From Lentimonas sp. (GTDB lineage Bacteria; Verrucomicrobiota; Verrucomicrobiia; Opitutales; Coraliomargaritaceae): a stretch of 64,000 bases of DNA. Where the stretch lies: assembly GCA_047627755.1 (NCBI GenBank), contig JBLHTV010000001.1, positions 241 to 64,240 of the forward strand, read 5' to 3'. A program made the position numbers and the translations under genes. This document shows positions 1 to 9,591 of the stretch, piece after piece. The first letter of the stretch is position 1. Every line of letters starts with the position of its first letter. Under the pieces are notes generated by a model, which had not been told where the DNA came from, ran no database searches, and was given only the letters and a program-made list of their open reading frames with translations.

Positions 1-921
1 AAGCATGCCGACCTTCTCCAGCTTCACGGTTTTCGATAGCGGCGTGAAGTTATGAATGCGCTGAGCATTGCCACTGACAAATGCCTGCAAGTTATCCAAC
101 GCACCGTGCTCCTCAAATAGCTCGACCAGAGTCGGCAAACAAACCGGCGCGGTGAAGAGCCCTGCCGCACAACCGCAGCACTCCTTCTTGGAGATTGGGT
201 GTGGCGCGGAATCGCTACCAAACATCAATTTAGGATGAGCTTGCAAAGCGGCCGCCAACAACGCTTCGCGATCCTCCGGACGCTTCGCGATCGGCTTACA
301 GAACAGGTGCGGCTGCAACATGCCGCCCGCCACATCGTTCAGTGTAATGATTAGGTGGTGCAGCGTGACCGTGGCATATAGATTCTCGTAGCGATCCAGC
401 ATCTCGACCGCGTCACGGGTCGTGATATGCTCCATCGTGATCTTCAGCTTGGGAAATTTCTGCGCGAGATACTCATAACTGGCGAGAAACTCCTTCTCGC
501 GATCCATCACGAAGCCATGCGTCTCGCCGTGAATCATCAACGGAATTCCCATTTCTTCCATTAACTTGAACGTGCCCTCGACTGCACTGAGCTCTTTGAC
601 GCCTGCTTCGCTATTGGTGGTCGCACCAGCCGGATAGAGCTTGATGCCAAAGATGTGCTCACGCGCAGCGGCTAGCTCGGCCTCACTGTAGTTGCGAAAA
701 AACAACATCATCAACGGGTCAAAGACCGTGTCGCCCTTAGCCACATTGATCTGATCACGATACACCCGTAGGCGTTCCAGATTATCAACTGGCGGCACCA
801 GATTCGGCATAATGATCGCTCCGGAAAAATGCTCCGCGCTGAGCGGCGTCACGCGCTCCATCATTGCCCCCTCGCGGAGGTGCAAGTGCATATCAAGTGG
901 TGAATCAAAAACAAATTCCAT
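1..921 (-). CDS. pyrC: Dihydroorotase (homodimeric type), 3' end runs off the window
   Basis: Not in the ORF track. Manual translation from ATG at 921 gives [44 protein letters not shown]..., with Hx[25 protein letters not shown] and FGSDSAPH motifs. Confidence 0.95.
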   Translation of the reverse strand, partial: MEFVFDSPLDMHLHLREGAMMERVTPLSAEHFSGAIIMPNLVPPVDNLERLRVYRDQINVAKGDTVFDPLMMLFFRNYSEAELAAAREHIFGIKLYPAGATTNSEAGVKELSAVEGTFKLMEEMGIPLMIHGETHGFVMDREKEFLASYEYLAQKFPKLKITMEHITTRDAVEMLDRYENLYATVTLHHLIITLNDVAGGMLQPHLFCKPIAKRPEDREALLAAALQAHPKLMFGSDSAPHPISKKECCGCAAGLFTAPVCLPTLVELFEEHGALDNLQAFVSGNAQRIHNFTPLSKTVKLEKVGML

Positions 922-1141
922 ACCAGTACGCTACGCCGCCCCACCCTCAGCTGCAAAGCATAAAGCGACCGAGAGGGTGAAGAAATCATTCCTGGCACTC
1001 GAACCATTCAATCGCTGGAGTAAACCCGCTCGCTACGACTTTAGCTATTATTCGTAGCACTGTTTATGCCAGCAGTCATTCAAGCAGAAATACCAGAGTC
1101 ACACCCTCTGCTGTTAACAGCGGAAGGATGCCGTTTGTCAT

Positions 1142-1741
1142 TTATTTTTCCAAGATACTGCACATCAACTCGACCGCTTTTGCGCGATGGCTGAGCTGGC
1201 TCTTCACCGCATCACCGAGTTGCGCAAAGCTTTCACTATAGCCATTCGGAATAAAGATCGGGTCATAACCGAAGCCGCCATCGCCATGGACTTCGGTATC
1301 GATGCGACCTTCGCAACATCCATCGTAATGCGTGATGTAGCCATCGTGGTCGATCACGCACAACACGCAACGAAAGCGTGCAGTGCGCTCTGCCTTCGGC
1401 ACATCCTTCAATGCGTCGAGCAGTTTCACTACATTGTCTTGGTCGCTCGCGTCCACCCCGGCGTAACGTGCAGAATAGATCCCTGGCGCCCCGTCGAGTG
1501 CATCCACTTCAAGACCGGAGTCGTCCGCCATCACCCAAGCATCTGCAGGCGCCAGCTTACGCAGTGCTTCGGCTTTGATTTGCGCATTCGCGGCAAAGGT
1601 CGAACCGTTCTCATCCACATCAGGCATGCCGCCACAGGCTTTTGCGGAAACCACTTCGAATGGAAGTCCCTTGAGTAGTAGTTCGAATTCTTCGACTTTG
1701 TGAGCGTTGCCAGTGGCGATAATGAGTGAGTGTTGTGTCAT
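1142..1741 (-). CDS. rdgB: RdgB/HAM1 non-canonical purine NTP pyrophosphatase
   Basis: [36 protein letters not shown] and SHR motifs. Start moved to MTQHSL (ATG 1741) because the ORF-track extension runs through a repeat. Confidence 0.95.
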   Translation of the reverse strand: MTQHSLIIATGNAHKVEEFELLLKGLPFEVVSAKACGGMPDVDENGSTFAANAQIKAEALRKLAPADAWVMADDSGLEVDALDGAPGIYSARYAGVDASDQDNVVKLLDALKDVPKAERTARFRCVLCVIDHDGYITHYDGCCEGRIDTEVHGDGGFGYDPIFIPNGYSESFAQLGDAVKSQLSHRAKAVELMCSILEK

Positions 1742-1775
1742 AATTGTAGTTCGTAATTTTAAAGCTGTAATTTTG

Positions 1776-1854
1776 TGGAGGGCAACGCTCAGTCGTTGCC
1801 GCCGATCAGAGAGAGCGAAACCTACGCATGGCAATGACGGAGCATTGCCCTCCA
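1776..1854. repeat. REP/REPIN-like intergenic palindromic element
   Basis: Outer inverted repeat TGGAGGGCAACGCTC...GAGCATTGCCCTCCA. Each arm also forms its own hairpin (GGCAACG-6nt-CGTTGCC; GGCAATG-6nt-CATTGCC). Confidence 0.7.
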
Positions 1855-1879
1855 AGTTTTTCGATTATTCTAAGCACTA

Positions 1880-2995
1880 CTAAAAACTGCCGCGGGTGAG
1901 AATATCTTCCCCTAAAATTGCGTGGCGCACATGATTGAGCTGCAGCGCGTCGCGCATCGACTGCGTATCGCGCGCACTACCGATACCCGGGGTCGCGCAA
2001 TCGCTCATAAACTTCGGCGCTTGATAAATAAAGGCATAATCGACCAGCTGCCGCTCCAGTAAACTGGAGGCCAGTGTCGGCCCAGTCTCGACATACACGC
2101 CGCAGATTTCCTCCTCTGCGCAACGCTTACGGAAAGCCTCCCAATCTAAATGCCCATCGACTTCTGGCAATTCCCAGACGCTCACGCCATGAGCAATGAG
2201 TTGACCGCGCAGATCAACATCCGCTGCCGGCCCACACAGCACAGTCGAGCGCCCCTGGTGCGCGTCGGTATACAGCTGCGGCCAGCGCGTTTCGCGCACA
2301 GTGCGCAAACTCCGATCAAATACAAAACGCCGCGGACACCAGGTCGACTCGCCAATCCGGCTCGTCAGGCTCGGATCATCGCGCAGCACCGTATTCGCTC
2401 CCACTGCGATCGCCGGAAAATAGCGCCGCCAACGCATTACATCCGCCCGTGCCGCCTCCCCCGTCACCCATTGCGAGTGCCCCGAAGCCGCCGCAAATTT
2501 ACCGTCCAAGGTAAGCGCCATCTTCGCCGCGATCAGCGGCCGGTTGCTCACAATCCAATGGTTGAAAATTAAATTCAGATCAGTGCAATCCTGCGTCAGC
2601 AGCCCTTCGATCACATTGACGCCCGCTGCGCGTAACAGCGCAAGCCCCTGCCCGGCATGGTCTGGGTTCGGATCGACTGCGCCGACGACCACATTCCGTA
2701 TGCCCGACTCAAGAATCGCAGTGGTGCAAGCGCCGGTGCGGCCACAGCTGCTGCAAGGCTCTAAAGTTACATAAATCGTCGCACCAGCAGCCGGCTTGCG
2801 TCCCAGCGCTTGCAGTGCTTCGATCTCAGCGTGCGGTTGCCCCGCCGCATGATGCCAGCCTTCAGCCACAATCTGTCCCTGTTCGACGATCACCGCACCG
2901 ACCATAGGGTTCGGGTGCGTTTGCCCCCAGGCTCGCTGCGCTAATTTAAGCGCATGCGCCATAAAGGCTTGGTGCAACTGGTCAGCTGAACTCAT
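1880..2995 (-). CDS. ribD: Bifunctional riboflavin deaminase/reductase
   Basis: PNPMVGAV, HAE and TLEPC zinc-deaminase motifs, followed by a reductase domain (TLDGK, SQWVTG, DDPSLT). Confidence 0.95.
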   Translation of the reverse strand: MSSADQLHQAFMAHALKLAQRAWGQTHPNPMVGAVIVEQGQIVAEGWHHAAGQPHAEIEALQALGRKPAAGATIYVTLEPCSSCGRTGACTTAILESGIRNVVVGAVDPNPDHAGQGLALLRAAGVNVIEGLLTQDCTDLNLIFNHWIVSNRPLIAAKMALTLDGKFAAASGHSQWVTGEAARADVMRWRRYFPAIAVGANTVLRDDPSLTSRIGESTWCPRRFVFDRSLRTVRETRWPQLYTDAHQGRSTVLCGPAADVDLRGQLIAHGVSVWELPEVDGHLDWEAFRKRCAEEEICGVYVETGPTLASSLLERQLVDYAFIYQAPKFMSDCATPGIGSARDTQSMRDALQLNHVRHAILGEDILTRGSF

Positions 2996-3624
2996 GCGCG
3001 TACAAATGGATTACCGCCTTTTTCTTGGGCGACCGAGGTATTTGGGCCATGCCCTGGATAGATAACCGTCGCATCCGGCAGCGTATAAACCTGCGTTTTG
3101 ATCGATTGCTCGAGCACTGAAAAGTCGCCGCCCGGTAAATCGTAACGTCCGACGCTCCCAGCAAAAATCACATCGCCAACGATCGCCGCCTGTGCGCTAG
3201 CCACATAGACTAAGATATTACCTGGGCAATGGCCGGGCACGTGACGGATCTCCAACTGATCGCCCAGTAGATCGAGCGTATCGCCCGCTTTGATCCAGTG
3301 GTCAATCGGCACAGGCAACAAGTCCAGCCCTGGAATCGCATAGCTCGCCATTTTCGAAGGCGCCGCAAACATTTCAGTGTCGGCCAGATGCCCATAGGTC
3401 GGAATCCCCGCTGCGGCAAACTTGTGGCCATCCAAAATATGATCCCAGTGTCCATGTGTTAAAATCAGCGCCACAATCTGGCAGCCATGCTGCTGCGCAA
3501 CTTGCATCGCCCAATCGTAGGCCTCGGCGGGTGCATCGACAATCACACACTCCTTGCGTGACGGTTCAATCAGGGCAAACGCATTGGTGCCGATCGGAGG
3601 CAATTCTTGGGATTCAATAATCAT
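2992..3624 (-). CDS. MBL-fold metallohydrolase (glyoxalase II-like)
   Basis: THGHWDH, PGHCPG, GDVIF and YPGHG motifs. Overlaps the ribD start by 4 nt. Alternative GTG start at 3630. Confidence 0.9.
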   Translation of the reverse strand: MIIESQELPPIGTNAFALIEPSRKECVIVDAPAEAYDWAMQVAQQHGCQIVALILTHGHWDHILDGHKFAAAGIPTYGHLADTEMFAAPSKMASYAIPGLDLLPVPIDHWIKAGDTLDLLGDQLEIRHVPGHCPGNILVYVASAQAAIVGDVIFAGSVGRYDLPGGDFSVLEQSIKTQVYTLPDATVIYPGHGPNTSVAQEKGGNPFVRA

Positions 3625-3865
3625 GTGCACTTGACGATGCAGCGCATGCGCTGGGTTTCAACCAAGAACACAGCACTTTCGGTGCGGTCATCCATTGTCT
3701 GCAACTCATGGCTGCACCCCATCGCGACGCGATGCCCTGCTACGCTTCGCTCCGTCTAATTTTCTAAAAATGCGATAGCGTGGCCGCGTAAAAAATCGTC
3801 TGTAAATTAGTCCAAGCTGGTTGAGAGTGCTTGTTTGTGTTTACGTATTACAGATTAGTTTTTAT

Positions 3866-5035
3866 TTATTTTTTGATATAGGTTTTTCCAGTCTCCCATT
3901 CCTCTGAGACTTCCATGAGTATTGCAGTAACGAGCCTGAGAATCGAGTCTGTATTTGGAAAAAGTCCAGCAACCTTTGTTCGGCGTTTGATCTGAGTGTT
4001 GAGAGTCTCACATGCATTTGAGGTGCGCAGCCGTTTCCTCTTATGCTCCGGTAGATTGAAGATTTCAAGTCCCTCTGGAATAGCACTTTGCATCCAAGCA
4101 CTTAGCTCAGGTGCGCTCTTACTGTATTTTTCAACAATAGAATCAAGTTGCTCTTCTGCATGCGCGAGATCGGGGGCATTGAAGACTGTGCGTATGTCGG
4201 CACCGACAGCTTCGCGCATGTCGACTTTTGGCACATAAGCCTGTGCATTTTGCTGAAGATGGAACTGACAGCGTTGCCATGGTGTGGCATTGAAAACCGC
4301 TCTGAGAGCAGCTTTGATGCCTTCGTGTGCATCTGAGGTGATTGACTCGGGAATACCTATCCCTCGTTCTTTCAATGACACTAAAAAGGTGCGCCAATGC
4401 ACTTCGGCGTCAGAAAGTGCGGCAGATACGCCTAGGATCATACGCTTACCGTCGTCGCGTCGGACTCCGATTGCGGTGAAGACTGCGCAGTCTCGCACTG
4501 AACCTCCGATACGAACTTTAATGTAGGTCGCATCTATGATCATGTGAGCAATGGGCGGCAAGGGACGTTTGCGCCAGAGTTCAAAGGTTCCGTCGAGTTC
4601 AGCGGTCAATCTAGAGACTTGAGCGGAGCTCACTTCGAGTCCACATAGCTTCTCCATGACTTTGGTCACACGCCTGGTTGAGACGCCTTGCAAATACATC
4701 TCAGCGATGGCGACTTTGAGTGATCGATCCGAGCGCGAACCAGTCTCCAGCATGGACGGGCGATAGGGTTCGTCGGCGTCACGAGTTTGAGGAACGCGCA
4801 ATTTGAGCGGCCCCACGGCACTATGGAAGCTCCTGTTCTTGAATCCATTAGCATAGCCGTTGCGGCCTTCGCTACGTTCATATGGGTCAGTGCGAAGATG
4901 GCTGCTACGCTCAATGAGCATCGCTGCGTTCATTAGCATCTCAGCGATCTGAGGTAAGCCCTCGGAAAGGCCGTGTTCGAGAAGAAGATTGATTGGATCT
5001 TCTGTGTGAGTATCTTGTTTGTGGTGTCTGGTCAT
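3866..5035 (-). CDS. IS256 (Mutator) DDE transposase
   Basis: EMYLQGVSTRRV, DATYIKVR, SDAHEGI, WQRCQFH and RTSNACETLN motifs. Likely start MTRHH (5035). Confidence 0.95.
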   Translation of the reverse strand: MTRHHKQDTHTEDPINLLLEHGLSEGLPQIAEMLMNAAMLIERSSHLRTDPYERSEGRNGYANGFKNRSFHSAVGPLKLRVPQTRDADEPYRPSMLETGSRSDRSLKVAIAEMYLQGVSTRRVTKVMEKLCGLEVSSAQVSRLTAELDGTFELWRKRPLPPIAHMIIDATYIKVRIGGSVRDCAVFTAIGVRRDDGKRMILGVSAALSDAEVHWRTFLVSLKERGIGIPESITSDAHEGIKAALRAVFNATPWQRCQFHLQQNAQAYVPKVDMREAVGADIRTVFNAPDLAHAEEQLDSIVEKYSKSAPELSAWMQSAIPEGLEIFNLPEHKRKRLRTSNACETLNTQIKRRTKVAGLFPNTDSILRLVTAILMEVSEEWETGKTYIKK

Positions 5036-5117
5036 TGTTGGTGCTGTGTTTGGATTAAGCACCCTCAGCTTCCAGCTGTGGCCAGACGCCTTCAACCCCT
5101 GATATAGCATAACGGCC

Positions 5118-5166
5118 TCCGGCCCTTCGGGGGATTCCGCTACGCTCCATCCCCCGAAGGGCCGGA
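5118..5166. repeat. Perfect 18-bp stem-loop upstream of the IS256 transposase
   Basis: TCCGGCCCTTCGGGGGAT, 13-nt loop TCCGCTACGCTCC, ATCCCCCGAAGGGCCGGA. Confidence 0.9.
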
Positions 5167-5319
5167 ACCGACGTCTCGCCTAGGCTCGACTGAATTTACA
5201 GACAATTTGTTGCACCGCCAAACGTGTTGTCGCGGAACTGCCAAATTTCAGAACCTGTTTGCTTAGGCCGCAACATCCCGCTCTACCTCCCTAGAATACC
5301 ACAGTAAAGCAAACCTGCC

Positions 5320-5339
5320 TATCACGTGATCACGTGATA
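5320..5339. repeat. Perfect 20-bp palindrome, possible operator
   Basis: TATCACGTGATCACGTGATA is its own reverse complement. Function is unknown. Confidence 0.7.
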
Positions 5340-5397
5340 AGCATATCCTTCTACATATGTCGGAGGGGCGTGAATATTCCTAGAAAAACGTATATCA

Positions 5398-6779
5398 GGG
5401 AACTTCTGAAAACCTACCCCCGATCAGCTATCGCTGACTCAGGAGCAGGCTTTCAGTTTTTAGCTAAATTTCTTCAAAAAAACATCAGCACCAACAACTC
5501 AAATCTTTACTTCGTTAGTCAAAGTATTACTCTTTCATTATGAGATATCACGACCCCAAAAAAGAGAATGATTTGTTCAGCATGATCGAGCACCAGCAGT
5601 CAGTTCATGCTGAGGTAAAGGGAATCAACAAGCTCAATGAGGTGATCGACTGGGAGCTTTTTCGTGACGAATTGGAGTCGATACTGGGCTACGATAAACG
5701 CGACCCAAAGCGTGGCGGACGCCCTCCATTTGATGCCGTTCTAATGTTGCAGGTTCTGGTATTGCAGAAGTATTACGGTCTGAGCGATGAGGAGACAGTT
5801 CCGAGGAACGTAGTGACGACAACAGCGAAGCGTTCATTTCAGGTCATGGATCGCTTTAGCTTCCTGCAGTTCTTAGGTCTACAGGCAGGCGACAATGTGC
5901 CAGATGCGCGAACGATTTGGGACTTTAAGCAGCTACTAGAGAAGGATGATCGCGACGGGACGCGCCGTCTTTTTGAGCAATTTGGTAAGTTGCTTAGCTC
6001 CGAAGGATTATTGGCGAAAGAAGGCAGCATTGTGGACGCGAGCTTCGTAGCAGCCCCCCGTCAGCGTAACAGCCGCGAAGAGAATCAAGATATCAAAGAT
6101 GGTAAACGCCCTGCGGGCTTTGAATCAGATACGCCGAAAGGGCGTCAGAAAGATTGCGATGCACGTTGGACGAAGAAGAATAATGAGACGCACTACGGCT
6201 ATAAAAACCACGCCAAAGTGGATGCGAAAAGCAAGCTCGTGGATGGCTACACTACGACCGCTGCAAGTGTGCATGACAGTCAGGTTTTCAAGGACTTAAT
6301 TAACGATGAAGACGAAGCAGTCTTTGCTGATAGTCCTATGCTTCAGAGGATCATGACGATTTTCTGCTCTCGAAGGACTGCCAAAACTTTATCATGTTTA
6401 AGGGCAGTCGAGGGCATCCGCTCAGTGAAGAAGAGCAAGTAACCAACAAGCTCAGGAGTCGAATACGAGTGCGATGCGAACATGTCTTCGGTCGAATGAG
6501 CCAAATGGCTATGGACCGATTGCGAAGCATCGGTCTAAAGCGGGCTCATCAACACAACGGATTCTGTAACCTAGTTTACAATATGGATCGCTATGCCTTC
6601 TTATGTAGATGATAGGCGATCTGGGCCGCCAGAACGGCCAGATCTCGCCAATTAACCCCAAATTACGCCGAAAAAACCACTTCCCAGCAACCAACATCGC
6701 TCTCTCAAACCACCATTAAAACTGAAAAGCGGCTTTTGAGTCGCCTCCGGCGACCAAAAGGCGTTTTTCAGAAGTCCCC
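5398..6779 (+). mobile_element. IS5-family insertion sequence (defective)
   Basis: TIRs GGGAACTTCTGAAAA / TTTTCAGAAGTCCCC (14/15 match). 4-bp target duplication ATCA at 5394-5397 and 6780-6783. Confidence 0.92.
5540..6612 (+). pseudogene. IS5-family transposase, frameshifted
   Basis: GGRPPFD, LSDE, VPDARTIW, IVDASF, DARWTKK and YGYKNH motifs. One base is missing at ~6335 (GAT AGT -CC TAT GCT, expected DSAY). The C-terminus (RVRCEHVFG) is in another frame, ending at 6612. Confidence 0.9.
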
Positions 6780-6784
6780 ATCAC

Positions 6785-6943
6785 TTGGACTTATCAAACT
6801 GTTGCAAAACCTCAGACTCTCACGACTGTTTTTTTCGCAGAATGATTTCTCACTGAGGACTCGACTCAATTTTTCATAAGTCGTTGGCAAGAAGAACAGA
6901 TGCTAAAGTTGAACCCCGCACGGGTAGATTTTCAGAAGTCCCC
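6785..6943. mobile_element. Orphan IS5-type end, possible MITE or IS remnant
   Basis: 6921-6943 reverse-complements to GGGGACTTCTGAAAATCTACCCG, close to the IS5 left end GGGAACTTCTGAAAACCTACCCC. A degenerate partner GGACTTATCAAA lies at 6787. Confidence 0.5.
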
Positions 6944-8464
6944 TTAAAGTGCCTTCTCGATTTCACTCCAATAACGAGAGTCTTTCAGAAACTCGGACAT
7001 GCGGTCAAAGTCTTCGGATGTTTCGGCGTCGACTTTTAAGCGTTCTATGAGGCTGCTCAGTGTTTCCTCTGAATCCAGTGTTTGCATGCCCTCTTCCTCA
7101 TGGTCGACGATATTTGAATAGGCATTACCACTAAAGCGAACACGCTTATGATTGATTGGCTTCTGGTATTTCCAAAGCCCCATACCTGAGCCATCCCATG
7201 TGCCTTGGTAGATCTGTGCTTCACCTTTAGTGTAGAACAGGTTGTCACGCACTTCGACCGATTCTGCAAAGCGACCAGCTTCCCATGGTGTATCAACCAT
7301 TAGCTGATAGTGCTCTTCAATCGTGTTATAGACGATATTTTGGTAGATCTTTACGCCGCTGACAGGTCCATTTAGAACGAAACCACGCAGATGATCGTTC
7401 AAACTGATGTTGTGGCGAATTACGGTATTTTTGTTGCCGATGGACTGTCCCGAGTCTTGGTGTTTCGACCAATCACAGATAAGGAAAAAGCCACCGGCGT
7501 TGTCCGCACTCAAGTTGTATTCAAACACGGTGCCATCACAATTGAAGTCAGAGTCGAGTCCCTGCCCATCAAAGGTGCCGGCATAGCCCCAGACCTCATT
7601 GAAACGGATTTGCGTGTTGAGGCTGCTCCACGGCCAAATGCCGATACTGGGCCCTGCATGCTGCGTGACCTCTTTTGTGTCTAAATCGGCAATGCGCTGT
7701 CGGGCACCATAAAGACGATTGTATTCGACCACGGCGTGCTCTGTGCCAATGGGCACGATGCCATCCCCTCCGATATCTTCGAGTAAGTTGCCTCGTATTA
7801 CCACATTTGTGCTGAGGTGCGACAAATCATCCCATGGATCCATCCAACCTTTAATCGCATCGCGATCACAGCGAAGGATATGGCAGTCTTCAATCAATAA
7901 ACCATCAATCTTAGTTGGCACCTTTCGTGTATCGACCTCCCAGCGGATGCCTGTGCCGCCTCCTTTGTCCTTTGAAAACACACCGTTGACATCACGCACT
8001 AACGAATTTCGCAAAGTAATATCCTGAACCAAACCTGCATTTTTAGCGAACACCAGTAATCCGGCTCGCTTCGCTTCGCGCTGAGCCCCCGTGTTGGTGA
8101 TCTCAATCCCATCAATCACCCAGTGTGACAGATTCTCAAGAAAGACCGCCGAACGCGTCACTCCCCCACCTGCGATGACCGGCTTCGGGCCATCGAAATA
8201 GCTCGTCAGTGTAATCGGCAGCCCCTGCGCGCCTGATGTGCTCGGCTTAAACTGCCCCTGAAACACCTGCCCACTTCGCAGGTGAATGGTATCCCCAGGC
8301 TCGAATTGCTGCTGATTGGCAGCAGCAAGACTCGACCATGCTGTTTTAGGGCAGAGACCCACCAAAGCATCATCGCCATGCAGGGCATCAATATAATAGT
8401 CTGCCGCAGAAAGCACAGAACAAGACAGCCAACTTAGACCGAAAGCGAATGAGAGTAACTTCAT
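6944..8464 (-). CDS. Secreted right-handed parallel beta-helix protein, putative polysaccharide-active enzyme
   Basis: Signal peptide MKLLSFAFG...LSA; YYID..GDD....W..L.......PGDTI.L N-terminus; repeated V.I..N..... coils; acidic motifs DIGGDG and DGQGLDSD. Confidence 0.8.
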   Translation of the reverse strand: MKLLSFAFGLSWLSCSVLSAADYYIDALHGDDALVGLCPKTAWSSLAAANQQQFEPGDTIHLRSGQVFQGQFKPSTSGAQGLPITLTSYFDGPKPVIAGGGVTRSAVFLENLSHWVIDGIEITNTGAQREAKRAGLLVFAKNAGLVQDITLRNSLVRDVNGVFSKDKGGGTGIRWEVDTRKVPTKIDGLLIEDCHILRCDRDAIKGWMDPWDDLSHLSTNVVIRGNLLEDIGGDGIVPIGTEHAVVEYNRLYGARQRIADLDTKEVTQHAGPSIGIWPWSSLNTQIRFNEVWGYAGTFDGQGLDSDFNCDGTVFEYNLSADNAGGFFLICDWSKHQDSGQSIGNKNTVIRHNISLNDHLRGFVLNGPVSGVKIYQNIVYNTIEEHYQLMVDTPWEAGRFAESVEVRDNLFYTKGEAQIYQGTWDGSGMGLWKYQKPINHKRVRFSGNAYSNIVDHEEEGMQTLDSEETLSSLIERLKVDAETSEDFDRMSEFLKDSRYWSEIEKAL

Positions 8465-8480
8465 ATTAGTTATGTAAATG

Positions 8481-9572
8481 CTAGCGTTGCACACGACCAG
8501 AGGCATTGCCTCGCATCAAGGTTTCCACTTCTTCACGTGAATTATAATTAAAATCTCCTTTGATCGAATGCGCGAGACAAGATGCTGCCACGGCGAAATC
8601 AACCTGCTCTTGAGGCGTCGCAAAGTCAGCCGTCGTCATGGCATAGATCAACCCCGCAGCAAAGGAATCGCCCCCACCGACACGATCAACGATGTTACGC
8701 ATCTTGTAGGATTGATACGTGGCACCGTTCATCGGCGCAAACGCGGCTACATCGCTGGCAACATCGAAGAGCATCGCACCCCAATTGTTATGCGTCGCAG
8801 AAATACTCTCGCGCAAGGTGATCGCCACCTTTTCCACCTTATCGAAGCGTTGCGCGATTTGACGCGCCACGTCGGGATACTGCGCGATTTCCAAGCTGCC
8901 GGCATGCACATCGGTATCGCCCGCATGAATGTCGAGCACATCCGCAGCATCTTCTTCATTGCCAATGATGACGTTCACATTCTCCAGAAACTCCGGCATG
9001 ATGCCGCGGGCTAAGCTGCGCGCATCGGTGCCCGGGCGCCAACGCCATAAGTTCTTACGGAAATTCAAATCACAGGACACCTTCACGCCCGCAGCCTGTG
9101 CCTTATCGGCAGCGAGCACCGCCGCACGTGCAGCAGTTTCTGAAATCGCGAGTGTAATGCCCGAAATATGCAGCCACTGTGCATCGGCAAAGATTGCATC
9201 CCAATCATACTCCTCACCGGGGCACAGTGAAACCGCACTGTAGTCGCGGTCATAGATCACGCGACTCGGGCGCTGATTGGCCCCCGTCTCTACGTAATAA
9301 ACCCCGAAACGACCTTCTTCGCGCCGCAACACATGATCGACATCGACATTGAAGCCGCGCATTTGACGCACAAACGCATCCGCGACCGCATGCTCGGGCA
9401 ACGCGCTGACAAAGCGCGAACTGCCACCGAGCATCGAAACCGATGCGGCCACACTACTCTCAGCGCCACCGAAGGTTAGATCCATCGATCCGGGACAGAC
9501 TTGTGCAAAACGATAATTCTCACTGGGCGCGAGGCGCACCATAACTTCTCCAAACGTAACTACTTTTTTCAT
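8481..9572 (-). CDS. kdgK: 2-keto-3-deoxy-sugar-acid kinase (PfkB family, KdgK/DauC-like)
   Basis: VVTFGEVMVRL, DLNFRKNLW and DRVGGGDSFAAG motifs. AGGAG RBS precedes ATG 9572. Confidence 0.9.
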   Translation of the reverse strand: MKKVVTFGEVMVRLAPSENYRFAQVCPGSMDLTFGGAESSVAASVSMLGGSSRFVSALPEHAVADAFVRQMRGFNVDVDHVLRREEGRFGVYYVETGANQRPSRVIYDRDYSAVSLCPGEEYDWDAIFADAQWLHISGITLAISETAARAAVLAADKAQAAGVKVSCDLNFRKNLWRWRPGTDARSLARGIMPEFLENVNVIIGNEEDAADVLDIHAGDTDVHAGSLEIAQYPDVARQIAQRFDKVEKVAITLRESISATHNNWGAMLFDVASDVAAFAPMNGATYQSYKMRNIVDRVGGGDSFAAGLIYAMTTADFATPQEQVDFAVAASCLAHSIKGDFNYNSREEVETLMRGNASGRVQR

Positions 9573-9591
9573 ATAAATCTCCTGTATCAAA

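Larger units (their letters stand above)
3782..5219 (-). mobile_element. IS256-family insertion sequence
   Basis: Imperfect terminal IRs: GGCCGCGTAAAAAATCGTCTGTAAATT at left vs reverse complement GGCGGTGCAACAAATTGTCTGTAAATT at right. They enclose a Mutator-type transposase. No TSD seen. Confidence 0.9.

Noticed and set aside
24-1057. Small ORFs 24-221 and 812-1057
   Set aside because: They overlap pyrC in another frame or on the opposite strand and show no motifs.
5163-5177. 15-bp exact match CGGAACCGACGTCTC with 35454-35468
   Set aside because: A match of this length is expected by chance in a 64-kb self-comparison, and the flanks do not extend it.
6329-6345. Programmed frameshift in the IS5 transposase
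   Set aside because: There is no slippery run at the site. A single-base loss in the DSAY motif explains it as a mutation or sequencing error.
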